The translations under genes and the position numbers were made by a program. Positions 40,582 to 49,282 of a stretch of 64,000 nt of DNA are shown piece after piece. Source of the stretch: Chrysomallon squamiferum. Its lineage: Eukaryota; Animalia; Mollusca. The notes under the pieces were generated by a model. The model was not told where the DNA came from and did no database searches. It saw nothing but the letters and a program-made list of their open reading frames with translations. Positions within the stretch are counted from its first letter, which is position 1. Each line of letters begins with the position of its first letter. The DNA lies in NCBI GenBank assembly GCA_012295275.1, contig CM022673.1, positions 4,898,001 to 4,962,000 on the forward strand, read 5' to 3'.

Positions 40582-41469
40582 TTTTTTTTTTTTTACCCTC
40601 AGGATATGTTGGCACAAACAATTCCTTTTCCCCTCCTCGACCTTTGTCATCATCTGTGTTAAGTAGCTCGTCTCAGAGTAACATAGCTGAAGACCGGTAT
40701 TCACATTCATCATACATATCACATGCCAGAACAACCCTTGAGACAACAGACCTGCCAAATGGGGACCTGCAGCGTCCAGAGACTGCCACAGCCGATGGGC
40801 TTGCTAGACGAAGGCTCTTCACAACACCGCCAACAAAAGATCCTTCATTACAAACACACACAGCAGTACCAGCATCATCTAGTGCTAGAAGGTAAGAATA
40901 ATATTAATCAATCTCTGTATTGGCTGTTTTAAAATCATGGTTTTAAAGAAAACTCACAGTAAAATTTGTAGTGTTATTATTATTTTATTTTTTTGGGGGG
41001 GCCTTACAAAAAAAAAAAAAAAAAAATGTTATAAAACAGACATGGTTGTGTTTCTTTAGTTTTAAAACAAATTTAATACATTTTTTTATATCTCATTTTA
41101 TATTAACAAGGTATCTCAAAATAAAAAAAATGTTCTTAAAATGTATTTAAAGTCATTTTCTGAATATTTTAGCACTGACAATGTATAAACTTGTATATAT
41201 TTTTTGTTCAAAACTTTTAACCGAGATTTTTAAAATACTGTTATTATCTGACTGAAACATATTCCTGTTTTATCTTTATTTTTCTTAGGCAACTTCTTCG
41301 TAATTTAGAAAATCCACCATCCACTGAAGGAGATGTTTCAGTGCCACAAGATGAGACCACCAATGATGAGTTTATTCAGAGGTTAGAAAACCTACAAACC
41401 AGATTAGGAAGATTTGTGACAAGTTCTAAAACAGATACAAAATACAGCAGACATTCTTCATGGAGATAG
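1..41469 (+). CDS. AKAP9: AKAP9/pericentrin (CG-NAP/PLP)-family giant coiled-coil centrosomal scaffold, 5'-partial, 38 core exons, C-terminal PACT domain
   Basis: GT-AG exon chain with consistent phases at all junctions except 39456/39703. E/Q/K/L heptad-rich translation. PACT signature (LRSESFRKALIYQKRYLLLLLGGYQDCE...FRSAARVIIAICRMRYMVRKW) plus AKAP9-like motifs (QKANDHLL...AVEERI, FLDDQTLERELERDEFQ, VHKHGLSILTLSE, DWRGDLL, FIQRLENLQTRLG). Probably the invertebrate co-orthologue of AKAP9 and PCNT. Confidence 0.93.
535..686 (+). CDS. AKAP9-like exon LEAMVKDL...ISAER
   Basis: ttcag acceptor, ag|gtttgt donor, phase 0->2. Confidence 0.88.
1100..1350 (+). CDS. AKAP9-like exon NAVQKANDHLL...SPNEH
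   Basis: ttctag acceptor, g|gtaacg donor, phase 2->1. Confidence 0.9.
1840..1992 (+). CDS. AKAP9-like exon DVNVSQDS...GLDMSQRF...EEIVS
   Basis: acag acceptor, g|gtagga donor, phase 1->1; not in ORF track. Confidence 0.88.
2292..2522 (+). CDS. AKAP9-like exon EARLRLQESVNRLL...LSKSE
   Basis: gcag acceptor (CAGAAG NAGNAG), g|gtttgt donor, phase 1->1. Confidence 0.9.
3413..3625 (+). CDS. AKAP9-like exon GLISGF...GEENQ
   Basis: atag acceptor, weak aag|gtttca donor, phase 1->1; frame stays open to stop at 3708. Confidence 0.85.
9100..9150 (+). CDS. Candidate 51-nt cassette exon (EVDSSEQNKADPGDDDP)
   Basis: ttttctgtatgcag acceptor, cag|gttggt donor, symmetric phase 1->1, exon-like composition, TGCATG at 9071. 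Confidence 0.7.
11069..11077 (+). CDS. Candidate 9-nt microexon
   Basis: cttctgccag|ccatttact|gtaagt, symmetric phase 1->1, TGCATG at 11132. Confidence 0.45.
11976..12208 (+). CDS. AKAP9-like exon ALLSEVTML...KQFLD
   Basis: aatag acceptor, gat|gtaagt donor, phase 1->0. Confidence 0.92.
12707..12826 (+). CDS. AKAP9-like exon DQTLERELERDEFQ...LQME
   Basis: acag acceptor, gag|gtaaga donor, phase 0->0. Confidence 0.92.
13205..13390 (+). CDS. AKAP9-like exon VQDLTEQ...LQLKQ
   Basis: acag / cag|gtatat, phase 0->0. Confidence 0.9.
13867..14055 (+). CDS. AKAP9-like exon KIERLESQ...KKTEE
   Basis: ttcag / gag|gtattt, phase 0->0. Confidence 0.9.
14537..14731 (+). CDS. AKAP9-like exon DLMLEKDALQ...KEQE
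   Basis: tttcag / gaa|gtacat, phase 0->0. Confidence 0.88.
15141..15311 (+). CDS. AKAP9-like exon VSVLEEEL...ETLK
   Basis: tttaag / aag|gtatta, phase 0->0. Confidence 0.88.
15848..16015 (+). CDS. AKAP9-like exon NQLDSF...EKNSEIDEL...EGSE
   Basis: ttcaag / gag|gtaaat, phase 0->0. Confidence 0.87.
16537..16692 (+). CDS. AKAP9-like exon AIEKLREQL...LTGK
   Basis: accag / aag|gtaaat, phase 0->0; not in ORF track. Confidence 0.85.
17094..17450 (+). CDS. AKAP9-like exon ATLQQELE...LTNFQ
   Basis: cacag / cag|gtgaga, phase 0->0. Confidence 0.9.
18736..18867 (+). CDS. AKAP9-like exon NELQQDF...NEEIE
   Basis: gacag / gag|gtcatt, phase 0->0. Confidence 0.85.
19207..19317 (+). CDS. AKAP9-like exon QLEKEVNEL...KLELQ
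   Basis: CAGCAG NAGNAG acceptor / cag|gtaaac, phase 0->0. Confidence 0.87.
20671..20697 (+). CDS. Candidate 27-nt microexon (EWCVCLNNS)
   Basis: attctgctag acceptor, tct|gtaagc donor, symmetric phase 0->0, no stop; peptide atypical for this protein. Confidence 0.35.
21308..22477 (+). CDS. AKAP9-like large coiled-coil exon (1170 nt) with internal heptad repeats
   Basis: gacag / cag|gtaaat, phase 0->0, 390 codons open. Confidence 0.92.
23092..23571 (+). CDS. AKAP9-like exon QEFSSQD...TTELK
   Basis: CAGCAG NAGNAG acceptor / aag|gtaatg, phase 0->0. Confidence 0.9.
24153..24188 (+). CDS. 36-nt small exon (NVSEPATESTQV), likely cassette
   Basis: tgctttctacag acceptor, gtg|gtaaac donor, symmetric phase 0->0. 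Confidence 0.7.
27459..27857 (+). CDS. AKAP9-like exon EKERELRQ...QEFVK
   Basis: tttag / aag|gtttgt, phase 0->0. Confidence 0.9.
28503..28779 (+). CDS. AKAP9-like exon KIQDLRNEL...SDYV
   Basis: tctag / g|gtaggt, phase 0->1. Confidence 0.88.
29282..29484 (+). CDS. AKAP9-like exon VHDDASVV...STKLQ
   Basis: gcag / cag|gtagga, phase 1->0; not in ORF track. Confidence 0.88.
29869..30078 (+). CDS. AKAP9-like exon AIMTKVHKHGLSILTLSE...ASER
   Basis: atcag / cgg|gtaagt, phase 0->0. Confidence 0.92.
30697..30870 (+). CDS. AKAP9-like exon LTDTEERDWRGDLL...RIQDQ
   Basis: aacag / cag|gtaaag, phase 0->0; DWRGxLL family motif. Confidence 0.92.
31355..31550 (+). CDS. AKAP9-like exon ESLHRSA...ADRQSLLSEI...QRQ
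   Basis: acag / a|gtgagt, phase 0->1. Confidence 0.92.
31933..32155 (+). CDS. AKAP9-like exon IQVLEFKLQQE...FISVT
   Basis: tttag / ac|gtatgt, phase 1->2. Confidence 0.9.
33032..33052 (+). CDS. Candidate 21-nt microexon (MSWSKLL)
   Basis: CACTAAC branch point at 32991, ctctgacacag acceptor, ct|gtaagt donor, symmetric phase 2->2 matching flanking exons, TGCATG at 33083. Confidence 0.65.
34653..34803 (+). CDS. AKAP9-like exon DALEDSRE...RFVE
   Basis: aaag / gag|gtaaga, phase 2->0; not in ORF track. Confidence 0.88.
35323..35534 (+). CDS. AKAP9-like exon QLRNELT...DELSG
   Basis: tttag / gg|gtatgt, phase 0->2; not in ORF track. Confidence 0.88.
35910..36204 (+). CDS. AKAP9-like exon NLERERQH...DTFQ
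   Basis: ttcaag / cag|gtaaag, phase 2->0. Confidence 0.9.
36629..36838 (+). CDS. AKAP9-like exon MEKLELK...NIQL
   Basis: acag / ctg|gtaatt, phase 0->0. Confidence 0.9.
37355..37531 (+). CDS. AKAP9-like exon HEIELEG...VAER
   Basis: gtag / agg|gtgagt, phase 0->0. Confidence 0.9.
37977..38177 (+). CDS. AKAP9-like exon ATSPPES...HTDQ
   Basis: acag / cag|gtacaa, phase 0->0. Confidence 0.88.
38617..38781 (+). CDS. AKAP9-like exon IDGVSDS...HNNQLTTFLSQ...RHEQ
   Basis: cctag / cag|gtttgc, phase 0->0. Confidence 0.88.
39264..39456 (+). CDS. AKAP9-like exon INQENG...MWANERLSL...DREK (donor 1 nt out of phase)
   Basis: tgtag acceptor, strong aag|gtaagt donor gives 193 nt (phase 1) while the next exon needs phase 0. 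Confidence 0.82.
39703..39941 (+). CDS. PACT-domain exon MQRLYGRLLRSESFRKALIYQKRYLLLLLGGYQD...
   Basis: Pericentrin-AKAP450 centrosomal targeting motif; ttccag / ag|gtattg. Confidence 0.95.
40133..40215 (+). CDS. PACT end exon RMRYMVRKWRR...QQY
   Basis: ctag / g|gtatgt, phase 2->1; calmodulin-binding end of PACT. Confidence 0.92.
40603..40891 (+). CDS. AKAP9-like Ser/Pro/Thr-rich tail exon
   Basis: ctcag / ag|gtaaga, phase 1->2. Confidence 0.9.
41289..41469 (+). CDS. AKAP9-like terminal coding exon ...FIQRLENLQTRLG...SSWR*
   Basis: cttag acceptor, phase 2, TAG at 41467-41469 followed by TGA; conserved C-terminal motif. Confidence 0.9.
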
Positions 41470-43769
41470 TGACAGTGCTGTGTGTATGAATACATCTGTG
41501 ACAATATTCAATCAAGGAATCCTGTAACTATTTCACTTCCATAATACTTTTGTGAAAAAATATTTGATCAACTAATCCTTCTATAACAATTATTATATCA
41601 AGGAATCGTGTGACAGTTTCAATCCCAGATAATCCTTCTGTGAGAATATTTTGTTTAAGAAGTCTTCTATGAGACTTGTATTTAGGAATGCAATGACATC
41701 GTTCTCTTGTGAAATCCATCTTCAGCAGTTTTCTATCTTGGAAATTTTCTGTTAACATTTGTATCTGTCTAGGTATCTTGTCTGTGACATTAATACAATC
41801 AGTGAATCTTTTGACGGTGTTGTCTAGCAAATGTGACAATACTGTCTAGGGAACATGACAAGAATCCTTCTGTGACTATAATCTGGGAATTCATTTAAGA
41901 TCACGCTAATTATTTCCAATAGAAACTTTCACTTTACAAATAAACTTATTACATTTGTGAACTTTGTAATGATGGCGCTTCCCTTTCTACTGAAATTTCA
42001 GATCTACCACTGACAACGTTTTCATCACTTTCGTGGTTTGATGTTGTGTACATCATCAGAATAATCCAATTTGCAAAAACCACATGAAGGAAAATAGAAT
42101 TGAATAGTGTGTGAAATAACAAAAAATCATAAGGAAGAAATTTGTAATTTTTTAATTTATATATCATTTGGATATGAAGGAAAATACTGAGGATTAGACT
42201 TGCAGAGGTTTAAATTCTTGAAGTGTATAGTTCGAAGACTGTTGTGATTTTATATAGCTAATTTATTTTAATACTGACAATGCAAGACAGTGCATATTAA
42301 ATGTTAAATTATTACACATCAAACTAAGTACGTTCACATCTTTTTGTTTTTATAACCACAGTAATGGATATAATAAAGTGGACCAAGTTAAGGATTTTGT
42401 TTTGTTCTATATATTAAACTGTTTTTGTTTGTTTTTTGTGTGGTTTTTTTGCAGGGTCAAGAAGACCCTTTTATTGCTCATTTTAAAAGATATTATTATA
42501 AAGATAAATGTTTCTGTATATTGCAGATATGTTGATAGATTTGTTTTAGGAGTATGATTTATATGTACATATACTGCAGTTGGATTTGGAGAGCAATTTA
42601 ATATTAAAACGTGTCATGGTATACTTTTGGCAATTTCCATTACTGGTGATAATCATAGATGAAACATTTGTTTCAAAGTCTTAACCTGGATTAGATAATT
42701 TTGGGATCTTGTTATGGTGTAGGTTGTATAGATGTTACAACAGATTATTAATTAATATGAAATGCTTTAGTGTTTAAATCTTTATATTCATTTAAACATT
42801 TAGTGTTAATTAAATTGGCTTGATCATCACTGACATTTCTTTAAATACTGAAACCATCATTAAAACAATGAAATTGCAGTATAATAATATTACAAAATTT
42901 ATAATTGCTTAATTAAAATATTTCAGTCCCTTTTTTAAATTTAATAAATATTTGATATTACTTGAAATGATATTTTGCTTATTAAATGCATTCAGTTACC
43001 ATACATCAATTTGTTTTATTTATTTATGTATTTTCTTTTTTTTTTAAATTTATTTAGCGTTATTTGTTGTTTCTCTCAAGGTTGTGTATATTTACATTTC
43101 GTTTTTTTTTTCTTCATTTAATTTGTTAAAATTGTTAAATACATCATGAACTTTTTGGTATAAAAATGATTTGGGTGTCTATTTATTTTCTATTTTGATA
43201 AGTGTAAATGTTTTGATTACCAACCTTTCATGTATGCATTATTTAATAATTCATAGATGCTATTGGGTTTTTTTTCATATCAAATCTATCATTAAACTTT
43301 GTATAATTTTTCTTCATTTGATTCTTTCTTTTTATATTTTATTTTGTTTTCATTTATTATTATATATTTTTTTTAATTATTAAAATAAGCTTTATATATT
43401 GGAGTCAGGACCAAAAAAATGCTTCTCAAAGTGTAATTTGCCACTGAAAGCTTATTTTCATTTTATTCAGGAAATAAAGTATATTTTTCTTTGAGAAATT
43501 CTCTTATCTGTTTTGTTATTTACAAGAGATTGTTAAGTACAACTTTCAACTAAACAGTTACACATTAACAATAAATCATGCACTTATTTTACTGCAAAAT
43601 ATAAATGTATATAATCCTTTTTTTTTTCTTTTTTTTTTTTTTTTTTTTTTAATTCTGTAATATTTCTGCTTGGGGGTAAAAAAATAAATAAATTGTGTTA
43701 ATCATTGAATTCTATCTGATTAATATAAATTCAGGGCTATGACCATTTTTTGTCAGAAAAACTTCAATG

Positions 43770-43980
43770 AGAGATATCTGAAAGCATATAATTGTTAGAG
43801 CTATCCCAAGGAATGCAAGAGTAAGAGATATCAGAAGATTTACAAATGTCAGAGATATCCCAAAGGCTATTAGTATCAGAACATATCCTAAAGATTACAA
43901 GTGTCAGAGATATGCCAGAGCTTACAAGTGTCAGAGATATCGTTAAGCATGCATGTGTCGGAGATATCCTAAAGAGTTAG
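43770..43980. repeat. Degenerate ~27-bp minisatellite (gagatatcc..ag.ttacaagtgtca), about 8 copies, in the presumed 3'UTR
   Basis: Recurring gagatat(c/g) cores at ~27-nt spacing. Confidence 0.75.
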
Positions 43981-44505
43981 ATAACCAGAAATGTCTGAGC
44001 TGTTATATGCTTCCTATTTTTGAACAGGTAGGGGAAGCTGGTAGCCTCATATAAGATTTAAACAGCTTGTAAGCGATTTAATTAGTTGTCTGCAAATGGT
44101 TTTGTTGACTGATAATAACTGTAGGTTCAATGTTTAAGCCCTGCAAGCAGATGACACTGGTTTATTTAAAAAAAGAAAACAATGTACGAAATACATTTTT
44201 ATTTAAAAATAAAAAGCTAGATTAAGCCATAATCGGAGTGATGCTAAATCACCTTTAATTAAATAATGTGCTACGTTTTGGTACGCTTTTTATTTATTTA
44301 TTTTTTTTTAACTTATTTTTACTTATTTATTTATTTATTTATTTATGTATTTAAATTATTTTATTTCTTTCTTTTGTTTGTTTTTTTAATTGTTTCACTG
44401 TGATACATATATATCTACATAATGTAAACTAATGTAATGTATCTGGACCAAAATATTTTGCTATTATGTCAAGTAATATTTATGCTAATAGTTGAAAAAG
44501 AACTG

Positions 44506-44511
44506 AATAAA
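44506..44511 (+). terminator. Candidate distal polyadenylation signal of the AKAP9-like gene
   Basis: AATAAA with upstream TGTA cluster (44422-44441) and downstream GT-rich tract (tgtggttgccttgttt); composition changes shortly after. Confidence 0.5.
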
Positions 44512-44786
44512 AATATTTTGATTTATACTGTGGTTGCCTTGTTTATGTATCCATTTCAGTGCATTTCGCAAGTATATTTACCCAAACCATATTATGACAG
44601 TTCAACACATAGTGGAATGCAGTCTTTTTTTTTTCTGAGGAACAATATATTTCATTATTTGTTTTTTTAAAGAAATTTTGTTTTTATAATAAATTTAAAT
44701 TTTCAATTTAGAACATTTCTTTACACTGACAGTTGACATTTTTATATTATGTTACTATTTGGTTTTATATAAAGTAACTGTTTTTC

Positions 44787-44822
44787 ATGCTGGGGTGTCG
44801 TTAAACATTCATTGATTCATTT
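44787..44822 (+). mobile_element. 3' tail fragment of a SINE-like element (tgctggggtgtcgttaaacattcattgattcat)
   Basis: gtgtcgttaaac followed by (CATT)n-like tail, resembling gastropod tRNA-derived SINE ends (from recall). Confidence 0.45.
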
Positions 44823-45504
44823 ATTTCCAACGGTAGCTGTATGTGTTCTGTTGTATGTAGTAAGCTAATGGTAGAATGTGTCCATACAGGTTTTCTTTTA
44901 AACGTGAATTTTATAATCACTCTGCGCCAGTGTGTCTGTCTGTCTGTCTGTATATGTCTCTGTCTCTGTCTCTCTCTCTTTCTCTGACTCTCTCTGTATA
45001 TATGTCTGGCAATGTGTGTCTGTTTGTGTGTGTATGTGTTATGCCTACGTCAGTGTGAAAAATAAGAAACATACAAATAGATAAATAAAATGAAATAAAA
45101 TAAAAGTTTTTATTTGTTGTAAGAACAATTTTAATCTAAATCGATTATACAGCCTATATGACGACAAATTCTGGTCAGCGATGGAATATAAGTATTACAC
45201 AAAATAAAAATTATTAGCTTCATCTATTAATTAAATATTAGTGTGGCCACCTTCCCCTAAACACAAGTCCTTCTGTCTCTAGCAACCTAAAACACTGGTA
45301 ATTAAAATTGCTCCATGTTTTAAAACTGTTTAATAATATGATGAGTGAGAAAGTCATATTTAAAAAAAAATTATTATCCATGGTAATTTACAAAGTCCAT
45401 TGCATCTGTCGTTGAAACAAAATGCGCGGAACTGTTGCTGAAACGAGAGAAGCGAAGCATCGTACAAATAAATAACCCCACTGTACGGGTAGGCATGTGA
45501 GCGC

Positions 45505-46155
45505 TATGCTGCTAAGCCATAAATAAATTCTGCCACACTATGACGTTATACTGCTGAACCACAAAATAAACTATATCAGGCTTTGACGTTATACTGCTGA
45601 ACCACAAAATAAACTATATCAGGCTTTGACGTTATACTGCTGAACTACAAAATAAACTATATCACACTATGCCGTTATACTGCTGAGTTACAAAATAAAC
45701 TATATCAGGCTTTGACGTTATACTGCTGAACCACAAAATAAACTATATCACACTATGCCGTTATACTGCTGAGCCACAAAATAGTCTGTCACACTATGCC
45801 GTTATACTGCTGAGCCGCCAAATAGTCTGTCACACTATGACGTTATACTGCTGAGCCACAAAATAAACTATATAACTCTATGACGTTATACTGCTGAGCC
45901 ACAAAATAAACTATATAACTCTATGACGTTATACTGCTGAGCCACAAAATAAACTATATCACTCTATAACGTTATACTGCTGAGTTACAAAATAAACTAT
46001 ATCACACTATGACGTTATACTGCTGAGCCACAAAATGAACTATATCACACTATGACGTTATACTGCTGAGTTACAAAATAAACTATATCACACTATGACG
46101 TTATACTGCTGAGCCACAAAATAAATTCGGCCGCACTGTTACACTACTGAGCCAT
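45505..46155. repeat. 43-bp tandem minisatellite, about 16 copies (cactatgacgttatactgctgagccacaaaataaactatatca)
   Basis: Head-to-tail period of 43 nt (tgacgtt at 45541, 45584, 45627...), two slightly shorter variants, no unique spacers. Confidence 0.95.
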
Positions 46156-46588
46156 AATCACTCTGTCTCACGTCAGTAATGTAATGATACGATAAAGTTG
46201 TATCATACTGTTCTGTAATAAGTTGTTCTTAAAACTTATGATAAAAATGCCTTATCTGTATATAACGATAAAAATTCTTACTCCGTATACAATGAATAAA
46301 ATGAATATTCCCTATAAAATTGCATTAATTATTCTTTTCTTTTTTTTTTCTTTTACTTTCCCCTTGACAACAACTGTTAAGTTATCGAAAAGGTTTAAAA
46401 TGTCAAGTTAGGAGTAATTGCGCAGGATGTGAAAACACTGGTACTCTAAATTGCGGTTACACAATTAATGACAGTGTGTCAGCAATACGTGAAAAAGATC
46501 GATCAGGTTGTATCAACAGATCCATACAAATTAATTTCACACACACTCGTTTACTTTTATAAACTTTTATTTTATTTTGTTTATTTTA

Positions 46589-46621
<33 letters not shown>

Positions 46622-46857
46622 TTTTTTTTTTTACCTTTCAGGGAGATGGCAGATCTTACAAACAATCTGAAGAATCGAGACAAAATATCTTTGGCTTGCA
46701 AATTAGACAAACGTAAGAAAGAATACGGTGGTTGTCAGGTATGTATATCTGCAGGTAGCATACCACCCAGTCAGAATATAGCATTATAACTGATGAATGT
46801 TTTGACGGATAAAATAATAAACTAACGGGCGAATGGGTTGGTGTGAGAGAGTGAAAC

Positions 46858-46861
<4 letters not shown>

Positions 46862-46942
<81 letters not shown>
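46862..46942. repeat. (AG)n microsatellite
   Basis: Directly visible. Confidence 0.95.
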
Positions 46943-46948
<6 letters not shown>

Positions 46949-47992
46949 CTTCTTTAGATAACGGATTATTCAAATTAAAGAAAATTCTCCATTAATATCT
47001 CCCAAATCCGTTCTATATGCCAAACTTGTGTCCGTGTCTTTTGTGGTCAGATCTAATAAAATCTGAATTTATTGAGTCAAATACTGTTTTGAAAAGTCAC
47101 GTCTCTAAGCTGGGCTTGTAAGAGGTGGTCATTTCATAAAGTCGTTATTGAAAAGTCAACATTTGCTTTGTGGTAAAACCATTGGAGTGTTGCTCAAACA
47201 ACTGGCCTTTTGAAAAACGCTAGATTTTTTCATCAATGTACTAACACAGGCCCCTTACCCCTCCCTCATAACACACCTGCTTAAAATCATATACTCTACA
47301 GAGAGACGTTGGTAATACCAAGGTTCTTTGATGTCATGTTTAATTAAGTATTCGTATAAAGCACAGTTCGAAAGTTTATGAACGTTGCAGAATGAAAAAT
47401 AAGTCCCGCTCTGCGAGTTACATCAAAATGTTATTAATTAATCTATATGCTATTATTAATTTTTGCGATATTCCATTTACAAGCGTAGTGCTTCACTATT
47501 ATATTTCGTAAATGCATAGGGACGGTGTTTGCAACCAGCCATTCACTCCTTGTCAAGATCAAATCTTTTGTAAGTTAAGGATATTGTGTTCTGTGTTACG
47601 AATAGTCGTAAGCGGTTTCGGGCCAAAATTCAGTGGCGGTTACGGTTATGATCAGGACGCCAGATTAACTTGGTTTGACGTGGTATGGATTTGTGAAACA
47701 CGGTTTAAAGTTAATCCATGGTCAGTTATTGTAATATATGTCAGGTAATCTGAATTATGAATGATTCAGGCTTGGGAATTAAAGAGGGAAGAATTACATA
47801 GAAAAAAAATGTATGTATAACGAATTAAATAATTTGGCTATTATGAATTAGTTTTATATATTCGGAGGAGAGTACGTTTAAAATTAAGGAATAATTAATT
47901 TACTTTGGAGCATTTAACGTTAATCCCCTTTCATTTATATGGATCAAAGATAGACGCAGTATCGATTATTAGATTCTAAAAGGGGAATAAAG

Positions 47993-47995
47993 TGA

Positions 47996-48043
<48 letters not shown>
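47993..48043. repeat. (AG)n microsatellite
   Basis: Directly visible. Confidence 0.9.
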
Positions 48044-48051
<8 letters not shown>

Positions 48052-48109
48052 GGACGTTCCATTTTAACTATAATAAAAGGTCTGACAGTATATACGTAAG
48101 AATAAACTT

Positions 48110-48165
48110 TAGGACTATGACTGGAAAAGAAAATAGCCGAAATAGAGTATTGATCCTGCGACCTT
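48110..48165 (-). mobile_element. Degenerate tRNA-derived SINE head fragment
   Basis: Reverse complement ggtcgcaggatcaatactc...ggctattttcttttccagtc, B-box-like arm. Confidence 0.35.
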
Positions 48166-48315
48166 TGGTTATGCGTACTGTGAGACCTTTAAATCATCAG
48201 TAAAAATCAATATATCCGACCATATAGTGTAAATAATGATTCAAAATGTATAAATACATTATATTATTTATTTTTATTATTTTTTTAATATTTAATTATT
48301 TATATATTTATTTAT

Positions 48316-48379
<64 letters not shown>

Positions 48380-49243
48380 TAATCCAGTGGCTCTCAAACT
48401 TTTTGAAGTCGGGGCACACTACACGCAAAATGCTAAGAAATATAATGCAAAATGTAAAACAAATACAGAAATAACTGAAAAAAGGATGTTGCGGCTGAAT
48501 CGGTTGCGAAGCATGCTGTCGAGGTCGTCTGTCCTCATTGTCTACATCCATGTCAGATTCTTCTGTCAGAGTATTAGAAGAAAAAAAAGGTAATAATATT
48601 GCAATAGTAATAATTTCAGTTTCCATAGTAATAACAATAATAACAACAATACACAACGTCTTTCCTCTGTGCTATAGCTAACAAACTACATTAACAATAA
48701 TAAACAAACCACTCTGCTACGCAGCTAACAAACCATGCTAGGCTGTGCACCAGCTGATTTCTCAATGTTTGAAGACACTCGACCAAACATTCTTCTTAGT
48801 CTATGCGTGTCTACGTGCGTTTTATTTGTGTACCATTTGTGAATTCGGCTACACAATGAAACGTAGTAAGTTGTTTATTCATATAACTCGACGGATAACA
48901 ACGGTCTAGGTTACCGACATAGGCAAACAAACGAAAATACAGCTTATTCGAGCATTCCTGGATGAGCAGGGAAAAGTTTATGTGGATACGTTTCCAAGAA
49001 TTCGTATAATTACGAATAAGAGAAGTGTGCGGAGGTATAAAATTATTTCCTTAATGAAGTGGATTTAAATTGGCGATGTTAATGAGGAAGAGGTAAGAGT
49101 TTTTTTCAATTAGAAGTTTTACTTTATTTATTTTTATTAATATTTTTTTTTGGGGGTTGGGGGTTGGGAATATAATGTTATGTTATTGTTTGTTATTTAT
49201 GGTATATAGTTTTAAAATAACGTATTTTACACACACACGCACG

Positions 49244-49282
<39 letters not shown>

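Noticed and set aside
41528-41839. 103-aa minus-strand ORF in the 3'UTR
   Set aside because: Overlaps the degenerate UTR repeat; no recognisable domain or splice context
45505-46155. CRISPR-like regular array
   Set aside because: Units are contiguous with no unique spacers, there are no cas genes, and the context is eukaryotic; it is a minisatellite
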